Source of the DNA: an uncultured Muribaculaceae bacterium
GTDB taxonomy: Bacteria; Bacteroidota; Bacteroidia; Bacteroidales; Muribaculaceae
DNA: 64,000 bases
NCBI GenBank assembly: GCA_947176745.1
Contig: CAMWRV010000001.1
Location: 44,220 to 108,219, forward strand
Reading direction: 5' to 3'
Part shown: in pieces, positions 19,876 through 30,914 of the stretch
Position numbering within the stretch: position 1 is the first letter of the stretch
How the letters are laid out: every line of letters begins with the position of its first letter
The notes under the pieces: model-generated
What the model was told of the DNA's origin: nothing
The model's input: only the letters and a program-made list of their open reading frames with translations
The model's database searches: none
Position numbers and translations under genes: made by a program

Positions 19876-20409
19876 ATGATAAAAAAGGAGGATATAGTCG
19901 CGATAGGCAAGTTCCAGAAGACGCACGCCTTGAAAGGGGAGCTGAACGCGCTTCTCGACATTGACGGTGATTATGCTGCCGACGGACATCCGCTGATCGT
20001 TGATATCGACGGCATATACGTACCGTTTTATGCCGAGACGGTGAGACCGAAAGGCGCGGAGTCGTTTCTTGTCAAATTGCGCGACATCGATTCTCAGGAG
20101 AAGGCGCAGGAACTCGTAAACAAAGAGATCTTCGGTCTGCGCTCCGATCTTGTAGAATATTTTGATGATCCTGACATGGAGATCGTGGCCGATTTTGTCG
20201 GTTACAAGGTGGTTGACTCCCGTCTGGGAGAAATAGGAAGCATCGAGGATGTCGACGACTCTACGGCCAATGTGCTGTTTGTTGTCGTTACAGACGATGG
20301 CGAAACCGTCTATATCCCGGTTGCCGAGGAATTCATAAACGCGGTCGACGACGAGCGCAAGGTGGTTGAGACCACACTGCCCGAGGGCCTTGTCGATCTA
20401 AATGTATAA
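19876..20409 (+). CDS. rimM: Ribosome maturation factor RimM
   Basis: 177 aa. IGKFQKTHALKGELNA (RimM N-terminal barrel) and a PRC-barrel-like C-terminus. Confidence 0.85.
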   Translation: MIKKEDIVAIGKFQKTHALKGELNALLDIDGDYAADGHPLIVDIDGIYVPFYAETVRPKGAESFLVKLRDIDSQEKAQELVNKEIFGLRSDLVEYFDDPDMEIVADFVGYKVVDSRLGEIGSIEDVDDSTANVLFVVVTDDGETVYIPVAEEFINAVDDERKVVETTLPEGLVDLNV

Positions 20410-20731
20410 GATTATGAGCGAACTTGCAAGATTTGACGAGGATGAGGCGGTAAAATTCATACGTGCCGCTCTATCTGACGGGATAAACTCCCGCATTACT
20501 GACGACGACATCCTGTATGTCATCGACACGATATGGGACTGGTATGAGAAGAACGGTTATCTCGATATCAACGCCGATATCACCGATGAAGAGGAAATGA
20601 AGACAGACGAGCTCACGGCATATGTTGCCAAGGAACTCAGGCGTGCCGGAGAACTTGACATCACGCGCGACGAGCTTGAGGATATAATCAAAGCGGAATT
20701 GCAGTATGAAGAATCGATCGATGAGTTTTAG
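20402..20731 (+). CDS. Small acidic hypothetical protein
   Basis: 109-aa ORF with core-like composition, flanked and overlapped by neighbouring genes. An alternative ATG lies at 20414. No family recognised. Confidence 0.5.
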   Translation: MYKIMSELARFDEDEAVKFIRAALSDGINSRITDDDILYVIDTIWDWYEKNGYLDINADITDEEEMKTDELTAYVAKELRRAGELDITRDELEDIIKAELQYEESIDEF

Positions 20732-21449
20732 ACTTGTTCTGCCGGCTCTGCTTTTTTCCATTGCCGCAGTGCCGTCGGCAGCACAGAACCGCATGACATT
20801 CAAAGTCGGCGAGAGTGCCGCGACCCAGAGCGCGGTAAAATCTGAAAATGCTTCAAAAGGGCATAATGTTGCACAAAGAGAAACGCCCGAGGACCTCGAT
20901 GAACTGAATTTTATCGAGATGGTCAATTCTGTTCCGCTCGACAACAAGAGTGCCGAACTGATCCGCAAGTTTCAGGAGAAGGAAGGCCGCAACAGACTGT
21001 TCAGCCGGGAGTATAATTCGAAGAACAACTGTACGGTCGAGACTTTCAGGAACAAGGAGGTGCTTCTTGTCACAATTCCGGCTGCAAGTCTCTTCGCGCC
21101 CAATGCCACCGAACTCAGACCTGATGCCGCCGCCCTGCTTGCTCCTTTGAAAAGGTATCTGAAAGATCCCGACATGTATCGTGTGCTTATGGTTATGCAC
21201 ACCGACAACACCGGATCCGAGGCATATCGTGATCATCTGACCGAAGAGCGTTCCAAGGCCGTGGCCGACTGGTATGCCGATCAGGGTGCCGATACCACAT
21301 ATCTCTTTCCCTATGCTTTCGGCGATGACATGCCGCTCGTAGAGAACAACTCGATGGGCAACCGCGAGCGCAACCGCAGACTCGAGGTCTATCTCGTTCC
21401 AGGAAAGAAGATGCTTGAGCAGGCCAAGAAGGGTCGCATCGTATTCTGA
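20706..21449 (+). CDS. OmpA-family (OmpA_C-like peptidoglycan-binding) protein
   Basis: Signal peptide. C-terminal HTDNTGSEAYRDHLTEERSKAVADWY...NRERNRRLEVYL is the OmpA_C pattern. Confidence 0.8.
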   Translation: MKNRSMSFRLVLPALLFSIAAVPSAAQNRMTFKVGESAATQSAVKSENASKGHNVAQRETPEDLDELNFIEMVNSVPLDNKSAELIRKFQEKEGRNRLFSREYNSKNNCTVETFRNKEVLLVTIPAASLFAPNATELRPDAAALLAPLKRYLKDPDMYRVLMVMHTDNTGSEAYRDHLTEERSKAVADWYADQGADTTYLFPYAFGDDMPLVENNSMGNRERNRRLEVYLVPGKKMLEQAKKGRIVF

Positions 21450-21457
21450 CCTGTCAT

Positions 21458-22585
21458 ATGGCACGCAACAACGTGATCTCCATCTGCAAGGGTATCGCCA
21501 TAATTCTCATGGTGGCCGGGCATGCCGAACCGCCGACGCTCATCTCCAATTTCATCTACATCTTCCACATGCCGCTGTTTTTCATAACGGCAGGCTATTT
21601 CTTCAGCCGGAAGCATCTCGATGCACCATGGGAGTTCTGTGCCCGACGTTTCAAAAGCCTTTACGTGCCGTTTCTGAAATGGAGTGTGCTCTTCCTTGTC
21701 CTGCACAATCTCTGGTTTGAGATCGGACTGCTCAACGAGCAGTTCGGCAACTGGACCGGCGGTGTGACGCATCCCTACACCTGGAGACAGTTTTTCCAGC
21801 GTCTTTTCATGATTGTCACCTCAATGAGCGGATATGACGAGTTCATGGCCGGGGCATTCTGGTTCTTCAGGGGGCTTCTTGTCGCGAGCATCCTCTTTCT
21901 TGTTCTCAACAGGATGTTTGACAGGCTTCTTGACCGGCATACGGGCCTTTCGCCAGTGTGGGCTGTGATAGCCGTCTGTGTGGCCGCTCTCGCATTCAAT
22001 GCCTATCGTCTTGGATTCGGATTCAGGATCTCGACCATTCCCAACGGCGGTCTGCGCGAGGTGTGGGGTGTCTTCTTCTTCGGCATCGGAGTGCTTTACC
22101 GTCATTATGAGAATGCGATAGGCACGCGCTGGTGGGTCTCGGCCGGATGTCTGGCGGTGATGTGTGTCGGTGCCTGGTTTCACTGGTGCGGAATGAACAA
22201 CAGCGGTCAGCTTCGCGATCTTGTCACATTGCCACTTACGGGTGTGGCAGGATTTCTCCTGACAAGACATGTCGCGTCGCTTGTAGAGGCTGCCGGCGGG
22301 TTTGTGTCGCGCCTTCTTGTCTACATCGGCAGCAATACGCTTTATGTGTTTGTTTTCCACATAATATCTTTCAAGGCAGTGTCGCTGCTCAAGATATGGT
22401 GGTACGGCCTTGATCCTGCCCAGATAGGATGCCACATGGTCATACACTACAATAATCACGAGGATCTTTTCTGGCTGCTATATACTGTGGCCGGCACCGC
22501 GATACCGCTTCTCGGCCTTGAATTGTGGCGTCGCCGCCGGTCCATGTTTGTCCGTTTCTACCGGCCCGCCGCTGACCGGAGCTGA
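21458..22585 (+). CDS. Acyltransferase-3 family integral membrane protein
   Basis: 375 aa, about 10 hydrophobic segments. The N-terminal ICKGIAIILMVAGH...FHMPLFFITAGYF motif is typical of Acyl_transf_3. Confidence 0.8.
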   Translation: MARNNVISICKGIAIILMVAGHAEPPTLISNFIYIFHMPLFFITAGYFFSRKHLDAPWEFCARRFKSLYVPFLKWSVLFLVLHNLWFEIGLLNEQFGNWTGGVTHPYTWRQFFQRLFMIVTSMSGYDEFMAGAFWFFRGLLVASILFLVLNRMFDRLLDRHTGLSPVWAVIAVCVAALAFNAYRLGFGFRISTIPNGGLREVWGVFFFGIGVLYRHYENAIGTRWWVSAGCLAVMCVGAWFHWCGMNNSGQLRDLVTLPLTGVAGFLLTRHVASLVEAAGGFVSRLLVYIGSNTLYVFVFHIISFKAVSLLKIWWYGLDPAQIGCHMVIHYNNHEDLFWLLYTVAGTAIPLLGLELWRRRRSMFVRFYRPAADRS

Positions 22586-22611
22586 TAAGATACTGATGAT
22601 TTCTCACATAG

Positions 22612-22639
22612 GCTGTCTGTTTTTCAGACAGCTTTTTTT
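22612..22639 (+). terminator. Rho-independent terminator of the acyltransferase gene
   Basis: gctgtctg ttttt cagacagc followed by ttttttt. Confidence 0.8.
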
Positions 22640-22703
22640 GTCGCAACTGTAACAGGTGTCTGGTTTTGTGCGTTAAGTAAAAAGAACATAACAACTGTAT
22701 TCT

Positions 22704-23972
22704 ATGTCTGCGAGATCAGGACTTGCCGCGCTCCTGTCGGGAGTGTTTATGATGCTGTCGCCCGTTACCGGGCGTGCCACTGTCGTATTGGATTCAGCCA
22801 CTGCGCAGCCGTTGCCGCGAGCATCCGTATTCGACAGAAAGGGAAAACTTGTCGGATTCTGTTCGGACTCGGGGGTAGTTCCGGTTTTGGATGAAGCATC
22901 CTATCCGCTCGCGGTCCGCGTCATGGGTTACGCCACAGCTGAAGTCGCAAACCCGAGGCAGAAGAGTGTGATTCTGTCGAAGGTTGATTTCGATCTTCCG
23001 GAAGTCGTGGTCGAGTCGAAGAAGCGACAGGTGCTCCACATCACTGCATATCTTCGCGAATACTCCACGCTAAGCACATATTCCGACACGGTGCTTCTGT
23101 TCCGTGAAAAGACCGTGGATTTTATGGTGCCCACAAAAAAAGCGGGAAATTTCAAAGGGTGGCTTGACCCTCGTGTGCTCGCCTCCAGATCATATTACCA
23201 CTTCTCCGGCCCCGATGGCCTCGACAGTGTCAGCAATCATTTCGGACAGCATTTCTCATGGTCGGACTGGATAGGCATATTCCCGTCACGCGAACTGCCG
23301 CAGCGGCTCAGAGATGTGACATTGGCCTCAGATACCGTATATGGACGTTACAGCCCGTCGGTGATTTGGAGTCGTGACGATATGAATGTCAGTCTCGAAG
23401 TCGACATAATGGCCGACAAGGAGAACCGCAGTTTCATGCCCGGGCTGTTCGACCTGTTCGGCAGAAAGGTCGAATTCACACAATTCAACTTACGCTATCT
23501 CTTTTCGGGAGTTGACGGAGACAAAGTATACGCAGATAATCTTGCGCGGATGTCTTTCAATATCGAGTCGAACGGACGCGGTCGCAAAGTGCGCCATCTG
23601 CTCTCATCTGACGGGCCGGCATATGTTGATACATACGCCGAGCTATATGTGACGGATCTCGAATACATCAGCGTGGCCGACGCCTGTCGTCTGGAAAAAC
23701 GCCCTCCTTCAGCCGAAGAGATTGGTATCAATGCCCCGCCAGATGCTCCGGAACTTCAGCCGGCAATCGCCGATTTAGTCTGTCGCGTCGACAATTTCGA
23801 TTACATCGGCCATCGGCTCGTAGAGAAGGCAGATCCGAGATATGCCGGAAAGACCATTCCCGAGCATTTCCAGAAACGCCCCAATTTTGTGGTCAGGGCT
23901 TTGAGATCGATCATCAAAGACAATGTGTGGCCGAGTTCGGGAATGCAGGGAAAGTTTGTTCTCGGGCGTTAG
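22704..23972 (+). CDS. Hypothetical secreted protein with an N-terminal carboxypeptidase-regulatory-like domain
   Basis: Signal peptide. VVLDSATAQPLPRASVFDRKGKLVGFCSDSGVVPV...VRVMGYATAEV resembles CarboxypepD_reg. Confidence 0.55.
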   Translation: MSARSGLAALLSGVFMMLSPVTGRATVVLDSATAQPLPRASVFDRKGKLVGFCSDSGVVPVLDEASYPLAVRVMGYATAEVANPRQKSVILSKVDFDLPEVVVESKKRQVLHITAYLREYSTLSTYSDTVLLFREKTVDFMVPTKKAGNFKGWLDPRVLASRSYYHFSGPDGLDSVSNHFGQHFSWSDWIGIFPSRELPQRLRDVTLASDTVYGRYSPSVIWSRDDMNVSLEVDIMADKENRSFMPGLFDLFGRKVEFTQFNLRYLFSGVDGDKVYADNLARMSFNIESNGRGRKVRHLLSSDGPAYVDTYAELYVTDLEYISVADACRLEKRPPSAEEIGINAPPDAPELQPAIADLVCRVDNFDYIGHRLVEKADPRYAGKTIPEHFQKRPNFVVRALRSIIKDNVWPSSGMQGKFVLGR

Positions 23973-24037
23973 GGCGCGCTCTTGACCGCTCGCCGGAATC
24001 AGAAGGGGAGACCCGCCGGCACGACTTGGAATATATG

Positions 24038-24075
24038 AAAAAAGGGGAATCCGGCGCGTCCGGATTCCCCTTTTT
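24038..24075. terminator. Bidirectional terminator between convergent genes
   Basis: aaaaaa ggggaatccgg cgcgt ccggattcccc ttttt. The stem is 10-11 bp and perfect, flanked by an A-run and a T-run. Confidence 0.85.
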
Positions 24076-24094
24076 CATAGATTGATGATATTTC

Positions 24095-25303
24095 TTAGAA
24101 ATATGTCTCGAGAGCGTAGTTGATGTTCTCCAGAATGTAGTTGACGTCGCTGTCAGAAGGATCGAGGGCCTGAGCGCGTTCAGCCACTGATTTGGCAGCC
24201 TCGAAATAGTTGACTTTCACGTCCTGGCGTTTCTCGGGCTGGTTGCCTTCGATGTTGTTCCAGATCACGGTTCCTGAAGTATATATCTTCTTCGCGGCGT
24301 TCTTGAGAGTCTCTATGTCGGCGTTGTCGAACGATGCGGCCTTGCGGTAGTCGGCGAGCGAAGCCTCGTCGTCGCCTCTGCGGTCGTTGACATATCCGCG
24401 AAGACCGTAAAGAAACGCCATGTCGGGAGTCTTCTCGATCTGCGATCCGATCAGGGCTACCGCGTCATCCTTGCGGTCCTGCTGGAGAAGGGCGTTCACA
24501 AGGTTGTTGAGGAAAAGCGGATTGGTTATGCCGAATTTGTCATAACCGGCACGGGCAATACCCTCGATCTCCTTTTTGGCCGTCTCTTCGAGAGTAGAGT
24601 CGCGGAGAGCGAGGTTCTGCCAGCATGCTATCTCGTAGACATAGTTCTGCGGATCGGTGATACCGGCCTTGCGGGCTTTCTCAAATGCGCCGAGAGCCTC
24701 TTTGAGGGCATTGCCCGAATATGCTCCGATACCGGCGTAATGGTAGGCGAGTGCAACCATCGAGTCAGGCACTGCTTTGACCGCCTTGTCTGCCCAGGGC
24801 TGCGAAGGAATATCGCCGTATATCATGAACGCGTTGTATGCCTCGGGGTAGTAGTGCTTGCTGTTGAACATCTCGCCGCCGAAGTTGAAATAGTCGTTGT
24901 GATGGCCATTGATACGGCTGATCATGTCTTTCGAATGTTTCGGCTTGACCTGACCCTTCTCGTTGGGCACAGAATCAAGAGGAAGAGCCTTGAGGAAGTA
25001 GTTGTATCCGTTCACGAGCTCGTTGCCCATGTCAAGGATATTGACCGCAGGATCATCCGGGTTGATGGCACGTTTCTTGAAACCTTCATCGAAAGCGTCG
25101 AACTCCACCTTGCCAGCCACAAAATAAGTGCGTGCGTCATTGGCAGTCTCCGGATTTGACACCGCCTGACCGATCAGCGCGCGGGCATCGGCGATCTTGT
25201 CGATCTTGCCTGAGAGTTTTGCAGCCTGGTCGACCGCGTCCTTCTGTGCGCTCATTGTGCCTACAGCCGTAAGACAAAGAGCCATGGTCAGAATCTTTCT
25301 CAT
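24095..25303 (-). CDS. Tetratricopeptide-repeat protein with a signal peptide, co-oriented downstream of gyrA
   Basis: 402 aa. MRKILTMALCLTAVGTMSAQ signal and repeated A/Y/L-rich TPR-like helices. Confidence 0.65.
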   Translation of the reverse strand: MRKILTMALCLTAVGTMSAQKDAVDQAAKLSGKIDKIADARALIGQAVSNPETANDARTYFVAGKVEFDAFDEGFKKRAINPDDPAVNILDMGNELVNGYNYFLKALPLDSVPNEKGQVKPKHSKDMISRINGHHNDYFNFGGEMFNSKHYYPEAYNAFMIYGDIPSQPWADKAVKAVPDSMVALAYHYAGIGAYSGNALKEALGAFEKARKAGITDPQNYVYEIACWQNLALRDSTLEETAKKEIEGIARAGYDKFGITNPLFLNNLVNALLQQDRKDDAVALIGSQIEKTPDMAFLYGLRGYVNDRRGDDEASLADYRKAASFDNADIETLKNAAKKIYTSGTVIWNNIEGNQPEKRQDVKVNYFEAAKSVAERAQALDPSDSDVNYILENINYALETYF

Positions 25304-25343
25304 AGTTTTAAGTTTTAAGTGTAAGTATCTGTTTGAATTAGTT

Positions 25344-27947
25344 TTACTGTTCCTCTTCTGTCATGTTGTCGGAAGTGGTCTCGCCGTCGGCCTCAGACTC
25401 TTCTTCTGCCATGATCTCTTCGGCCTCGCGTATCACGCGGTCTTCAGCACGCTCGATGCGGGTTTCTTCAGACTCGGCCTCAAGCTCCTCCTCGATCTCC
25501 TCTTCCGGCTGCGAATCGACCTTGCATACCGATGCGATCGTGTCGCCGCGCTTTCCGAGGTCGATGAGCTTGACTCCCTGGGTGGCGCGTCCCATCACGC
25601 GGATATCGGCCACGGGCAGACGGAGAGTCACGCCGCTCTCGTTGATGATCATCAGGTCGTTCGAGTCGTTGACGTTCTTGATCGACACAAGAGCACCGGT
25701 CTTGTCGGTGATGCTCATTGTCTTCACACCCTTGCCGCCGCGGTTGGTGATGCGGTAGTCGTCAAGAGCCGAACGCTTGCCGTATCCGTTTTCTGAAACG
25801 ACCATGACGGTCTCGTCGGGCGATCCTGTCATGGTGATCATGCCGACCACCTCGTCTCCCTCGTCGAGGGTCATGGCCTTCACGCCTTGCGACATGCGGC
25901 CCATGCTTCTTACGGTCTGTTCGTTGAACCTGATGGCGCGTCCTTTGCGGTTGGCCATGATGATCTCCGAGTTTCCGTCGGTGAGGCGTACGCTGATCAC
26001 TTCGTCATCCTCGCGGATCACTATGGCGTTGACGCCTATGGCGCGGGGACGCGAGTATGCCGAGAGCTGTGTCTTCTTGATGAATCCGCGGCGTGTGCCG
26101 AACACGAGGTTGTGGGTCGTGTTGAATGCAGGGTCTGTAAGCCCTTTGACGCGGATGAAGGCGTTCACCCTGTCATCCTGATCGATCTGAAGCAGATTCT
26201 GGATGGCACGTCCTTTCGAATTTCTCGCACCCTCGGGAATCTCATATACCTTCAGCCAGTAGCAGCGTCCTTTCTGTGTGAAGAACAGCATGTGGTTGTG
26301 GTTCGTGGCCGGATAGATATATTCGATGAAGTCCTCGTCGCGGGTGGAGCTTCCTTTCGAGCCTACGCCGCCGCGGTGCTGGGCGCGGAATTCGCTCAGC
26401 GGAGTGCGTTTGATGTAGCCCAGATGCGAGATCGTGATGATCATCTTGTCGTCGGCATAGAAGTCTTCGGAATTGAAATCGCCCGAGAAGGGGTTGATCT
26501 TCGTGCGGCGTTCGTCGCCATATTTGTCGCGGATCTCCACAAGCTCCTCCTTGATGACCTCGCGGAGCACGTGCTCGTTGCTGAGAATGTCGTTGTAGTG
26601 GGCGATCAGGCGCATCAGCTCGTCATACTCAGCGCGGAGTTTCTCCATCTCCAGACCGGTGAGCTGGCGAAGACGCATCTCGACAATGGCACGCGTCTGT
26701 ATCTCGTCGAGACCGAACCGCTCGGCCAGACGGGTTCTTGCCTCGTCGGTGGTCTCGCTGCCACGGATTATGGCTATCACCTCGTCGATGTTGTCGGTGG
26801 CGATCATCAGTCCTTTGAGAATGTGCGCGCGTTCCTCGGCCTTGCGCAGATCGTAGCGTGTGCGGCGGAGAACCACTTCGCGGCGATGATCCACGAATGC
26901 CTGAAGTATTTCCTTGAGGTTTAGAGTCTTCGGACGGCCGTCGACAAGAGCCACGTTGTTGACGCTGAAAGAAGTCTGCAGCTGTGTCATCTTGTAAAGC
27001 TTGTTGAGCACGACTTTGGCGTTGGCATCCTTCTTTATGTCGATCACTATATTGATCTTGCCGCGTGCCGAGGTGTCGGTCACATCGGCTATGCCTTCGA
27101 TCTTCTTCTCTTCGGCGAGCTGTATGATCGATTTGACAAGTTCTCCCTTGAGTACTCCGTAGGGAATCTCGGAGACGACAATCACATCGTGGTTTCCTTC
27201 GGTCTCGATTTCCGCTTTCGCACGTAGCACGACGCGGCCGCGGCCTGTCTCATATGCGTCGCGCACGCCCTGGAGTCCGAAGATCTCGCCTCCGGTAGGG
27301 AAGTCGGGGGCCTTCACGTGCTCCATTAGCTCGTCGATGGTCATGTCGGGATTGTCGACAAGCGCGATCGAGGCGTTGAGCGATTCAGTCAGGTTGTGCG
27401 GAGGCATGTTTGTCGCCATGCCGACAGCGATGCCCGCCGCTCCGTTCACAAGAAGGTTGGGTATGCGTGTCGGAAGCACCGAAGGCTCATGCAGCGTATT
27501 GTCGAAGTTGGGCACAAAGTCTACGGTCTCCTTGTCAAGGTCGCGCAGAAGTTCCTCTCCCATGCGGGCCAGCTTGACCTCTGTGTATCGCATGGCGGCG
27601 GGTGAGTCGCCGTCGATCGAACCGAAGTTTCCCTGTCCGAACACAAGAGGGTAGCGGAGTGACCATTCCTGTGCCAGTCGCACCATGGTCAGATATATCG
27701 AAGAGTCTCCGTGGGGGTGATACTTACCCATGACCTCTCCGACTATACGGGCGGATTTCTTTGTCTCGCCCGATGAAGTGTTTCCAAGTTCGTTCATTCC
27801 GAACAGTACCCTACGGTGCACCGGCTTGAAGCCGTCGCGCACATCGGGAAGGGCACGAGATACGATCACCGACATCGAATAGTCGATGTAGGCGCTTTTC
27901 ATTTCCGATTCGATATTGATCGGAATAATCTTGTCGTCTCCTTGCAT
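25344..27947 (-). CDS. gyrA: DNA gyrase subunit A
   Basis: 867 aa. MSVIVSRALPDVRDGFKPVHRRVL and AAMRYTE (catalytic Tyr), followed by a C-terminal beta-pinwheel and an acidic tail. Confidence 0.97.
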   Translation of the reverse strand: MQGDDKIIPINIESEMKSAYIDYSMSVIVSRALPDVRDGFKPVHRRVLFGMNELGNTSSGETKKSARIVGEVMGKYHPHGDSSIYLTMVRLAQEWSLRYPLVFGQGNFGSIDGDSPAAMRYTEVKLARMGEELLRDLDKETVDFVPNFDNTLHEPSVLPTRIPNLLVNGAAGIAVGMATNMPPHNLTESLNASIALVDNPDMTIDELMEHVKAPDFPTGGEIFGLQGVRDAYETGRGRVVLRAKAEIETEGNHDVIVVSEIPYGVLKGELVKSIIQLAEEKKIEGIADVTDTSARGKINIVIDIKKDANAKVVLNKLYKMTQLQTSFSVNNVALVDGRPKTLNLKEILQAFVDHRREVVLRRTRYDLRKAEERAHILKGLMIATDNIDEVIAIIRGSETTDEARTRLAERFGLDEIQTRAIVEMRLRQLTGLEMEKLRAEYDELMRLIAHYNDILSNEHVLREVIKEELVEIRDKYGDERRTKINPFSGDFNSEDFYADDKMIITISHLGYIKRTPLSEFRAQHRGGVGSKGSSTRDEDFIEYIYPATNHNHMLFFTQKGRCYWLKVYEIPEGARNSKGRAIQNLLQIDQDDRVNAFIRVKGLTDPAFNTTHNLVFGTRRGFIKKTQLSAYSRPRAIGVNAIVIREDDEVISVRLTDGNSEIIMANRKGRAIRFNEQTVRSMGRMSQGVKAMTLDEGDEVVGMITMTGSPDETVMVVSENGYGKRSALDDYRITNRGGKGVKTMSITDKTGALVSIKNVNDSNDLMIINESGVTLRLPVADIRVMGRATQGVKLIDLGKRGDTIASVCKVDSQPEEEIEEELEAESEETRIERAEDRVIREAEEIMAEEESEADGETTSDNMTEEEQ

Positions 27948-28183
27948 TATTTCTGTGTAATGTAAATAAGTTTAGACAACTTCATTGTCTGTGCAGGGGG
28001 ATTACCCGCGCCCGGCGCGTTCTTTCCTCCAATTGACAAAATTACAAAAAAAATACGACTTTTTACTCTTTTTTCAGCAAAATGAGACAAATAAAATGGC
28101 TCGTTCCCGACAACTGAAATGGCCCGTGCGGTTGTGCCGCCGGGCCATGTTTGTCAAAGTCTTGTCAGAGATCCGTTCCGAGG

Positions 28184-30754
28184 TTATTCCACGGGTCTGT
28201 AATCCAGAGTGAGCCTGTCGTCTTCTTTCTTGTATGTCACGCTTATCATGCCTCCTATCTGCCCTTCTGCCCCGAGTCTGAGCATAAGTTCGGCAAGCTC
28301 GTCTTCGAGATATTTCTGGATGGAACGCTTCAGGGGGCGTGCCCCGAAATTGCGGTCATATCCCTTTTCGGCTATGAAGTCGCGGGCCTCGTCCGACAGC
28401 TCAAGACGGAAACCGAGTTTCTCGACACGGGCGAAGAAGTCGCGGAGCTCGATGTCGATGATGCTGAAGATGGCATCGCGGTCAAGCTGGTCAAACATGA
28501 TTATGTCGTCGACCCTGTTGATGAACTCGGGCGAGAAGGCTCTGTTGAGGGCTTTCGAGATCACGCCGTGCGCCTGCTCTTTGCTTACAGAAGCCGTGTT
28601 GAAGCCGACACCGCCGCCGAAGTCCTTGAGCTGTCGTGAACCGACATTGCTTGTCATGATCAGAATGGTGTTCTTGAAGTCGATCTTGCGCCCGAGCGAG
28701 TCGGTCAGACGTCCTTCGTCCATAACCTGCAGCAGCAGATTGAACACGTCGGGATGCGCTTTCTCGATCTCGTCGAGCAGTACGACCGAATAGGGCTTGC
28801 GGCGCACTTTCTCTGTCAGCTGGCCTCCCTCTTCGTAGCCTACATATCCCGGAGGCGCGCCAACCAGCCTCGACACAGTGAATTTTTCCATAAACTCGCT
28901 CATGTCGACGCGGATCAGGGCGTCTGAAGAATCAAACAGATATTCGGCCAGCTTCTTCGCAAGAAGCGTCTTTCCGACGCCTGTCGGGCCGAGAAACATG
29001 AAGACTCCGATCGGCTTGTCGGGATCCTTGAGGCCGATGCGGTTGCGCTGTATAGCCTTGACAACTTTCTTGATCGCGTCGTCCTGGCCGATTACTGACC
29101 CTTTGAGCGACTCTCCCATCTGTATCAGACGGGTCCCCTCGGCCTGGGCTATGCGCTGTGTCGGCACGCCTGTCATCAGTGCCACGACCTCGGCCACTTT
29201 CTCGTCGTCTACTTCCTGCCTGTCGTTGCTCAGGCTCTCCTCCCAGTTTTTCTTCGCTGTCTCAAGGGCGGCTTTGGTCTTCACGACCTCGTCGCGCAGC
29301 GAGGCTGCTTTTTCGTAGTCCTGTGATTTGGCCGCCGCGAGCTTCTCTTGTGTGAGCGTGTCGATCTTTTTTTCAAGAGTCTCGATCTCTTCCGGCACGA
29401 TTATATTGGTTATGTGTACGCGGCTGCCGGCCTCGTCGAGTGCGTCGAGAGCCTTGTCGGGGAAGTTGCGGTCGCTCACGTATCTCTCGGTCAGGTTGAC
29501 GCAGGCCTCGAGAGCCTCGTCGGTGTATGTGACGTTGTGGTGGTCTTCGTATTTATCTTTCACCTGACGCAATATCTCGAGTGTCTCTTCGGGAGTGGTC
29601 GGCTCGACCATCACCTTCTGGAAGCGGCGTTCGAGAGCGCCGTCTTTCTCAATGTTCTGCCTGTACTCGTCGAGGGTGGTGGCTCCGATGCACTGTATCT
29701 CGCCGCGTGCCAGTGCGGGTTTGAGTATGTTGGCCGCATCCATCGAGCCGGGCGCGCTGCCGGCGCCTACTATGGTGTGGATCTCGTCGATGAAGAGTAT
29801 TATGTCGGGATTTTTGGAGAGCTCGTCGAGCACGGTTTTGATGCGCTCCTCGAACTGGCCGCGATATTTCGTGCCCGCTACCATGCCGGTCATGTCGAGC
29901 CCGATGACTCGCTTGCCGAAAAGCACACGCGACACCTTGCGCTGCACGATTCGAAGTGCAAGCCCCTCGACTATTGCCGATTTGCCGACTCCCGGCTCGC
30001 CTATGAGAACAGGGTTGTTTTTCTTGCGGCGCGAGAGAATCTGGGCAAGCCGCTCGATCTCGTTCTCTCGGCCCACAACGGGGTCAAGACGTCCCTCCGC
30101 GGCTGCTTTGGTCATGTCATAGCCAAACTTGTCGAGAGCCGGAGTGTCGCTTTTGCGCCCCTTGGATTCTCCGCGCTGTGCGGTTTTGCCCTGCTGGCCT
30201 TCGGACGATGATGCGCCGGAAACCGGTGCGCCGGGACCGTCGTTCTCATCTTCGTCTTCCTCTTCGTCATCATCGGTGTCTTTGCCCATCGACGGCATTC
30301 CGCCGGGTGCTCCGAAACTCTGCACCGAGATGTCGAAGTTAAGATATTCATCTTTTATGTGCTGCAGAATCGGCGAGTCCATGGCTCGTTTGTCATGTAT
30401 GAGGGCGAGCAGGATGTGCTCGCTGCCTATCACATGGGCGTTCATCTTGCGTGCTTCAGATGTGGCAAGCTGCAGATGGCGTATGGCGGCAAGGTTGATC
30501 TTGTATTGCTGCTCGAAGAGGGTTGTGGTCTCTCCTGTCTGGTGGGGTTCGGAAAGATATTCCTCGAGCTCGGCGATTATTTTGTCTGTCGGAATGTTGA
30601 GTTGCGACAGTATCTTGAAAGCATATCCGTCCTGCTGTCTCATCGCGCCGAGCACAAAATGCTCCGCCACTATGACAGGGGAATTGAATCGGTTGGCCTC
30701 GCCGAGAGCGATCTCAAGCATAGGCCTGAACTGTTTTGAAAAGTCGTTCTTCAT
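28184..30754 (-). CDS. clpC: Clp/Hsp100 ATP-binding subunit, ClpC-type (double AAA+)
   Basis: 856 aa. Two Clp_N repeats and two Walker A motifs ([13 protein letters not shown] and [12 protein letters not shown]). A UVR-like linker ([32 protein letters not shown]) is also present. Confidence 0.9.
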   Translation of the reverse strand: MKNDFSKQFRPMLEIALGEANRFNSPVIVAEHFVLGAMRQQDGYAFKILSQLNIPTDKIIAELEEYLSEPHQTGETTTLFEQQYKINLAAIRHLQLATSEARKMNAHVIGSEHILLALIHDKRAMDSPILQHIKDEYLNFDISVQSFGAPGGMPSMGKDTDDDEEEDEDENDGPGAPVSGASSSEGQQGKTAQRGESKGRKSDTPALDKFGYDMTKAAAEGRLDPVVGRENEIERLAQILSRRKKNNPVLIGEPGVGKSAIVEGLALRIVQRKVSRVLFGKRVIGLDMTGMVAGTKYRGQFEERIKTVLDELSKNPDIILFIDEIHTIVGAGSAPGSMDAANILKPALARGEIQCIGATTLDEYRQNIEKDGALERRFQKVMVEPTTPEETLEILRQVKDKYEDHHNVTYTDEALEACVNLTERYVSDRNFPDKALDALDEAGSRVHITNIIVPEEIETLEKKIDTLTQEKLAAAKSQDYEKAASLRDEVVKTKAALETAKKNWEESLSNDRQEVDDEKVAEVVALMTGVPTQRIAQAEGTRLIQMGESLKGSVIGQDDAIKKVVKAIQRNRIGLKDPDKPIGVFMFLGPTGVGKTLLAKKLAEYLFDSSDALIRVDMSEFMEKFTVSRLVGAPPGYVGYEEGGQLTEKVRRKPYSVVLLDEIEKAHPDVFNLLLQVMDEGRLTDSLGRKIDFKNTILIMTSNVGSRQLKDFGGGVGFNTASVSKEQAHGVISKALNRAFSPEFINRVDDIIMFDQLDRDAIFSIIDIELRDFFARVEKLGFRLELSDEARDFIAEKGYDRNFGARPLKRSIQKYLEDELAELMLRLGAEGQIGGMISVTYKKEDDRLTLDYRPVE

Positions 30755-30839
30755 TAATTCTTTTATCGGTTTACCGTATTTATAACAAATCGTGTGCCAA
30801 AGTTATGGAGCTGATACGCGATATTGTCGGAAAATGCAG

Positions 30840-30887
30840 CCGGACTGCCTTGGTGTTTCCTGTAGATGAAACGTGTAGGCAGTCCGG
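30840..30887 (-). terminator. Stem-loop downstream of feoAB; possible terminator
   Basis: 11-bp perfect arms ccggactgcct / aggcagtccgg with a 26-nt loop. The minus-strand 3' flank contains tttt. Confidence 0.4.
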
Positions 30888-30914
30888 ATGATTGTGTCTG
30901 ATGTGTCGGCAACC

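Noticed and set aside
25887-26924. 345-aa plus-strand ORF. The same applies to 37679-38650, 38810-39790, 29348-30211, 16994-17740, 48125-48880 and 19185-19961.
   Set aside because: All are antisense to strongly supported core genes (gyrA, uvrB, clpC, the FAD-dependent oxidoreductase/tsaB junction, hlyD, murA) and show shadow-ORF composition.
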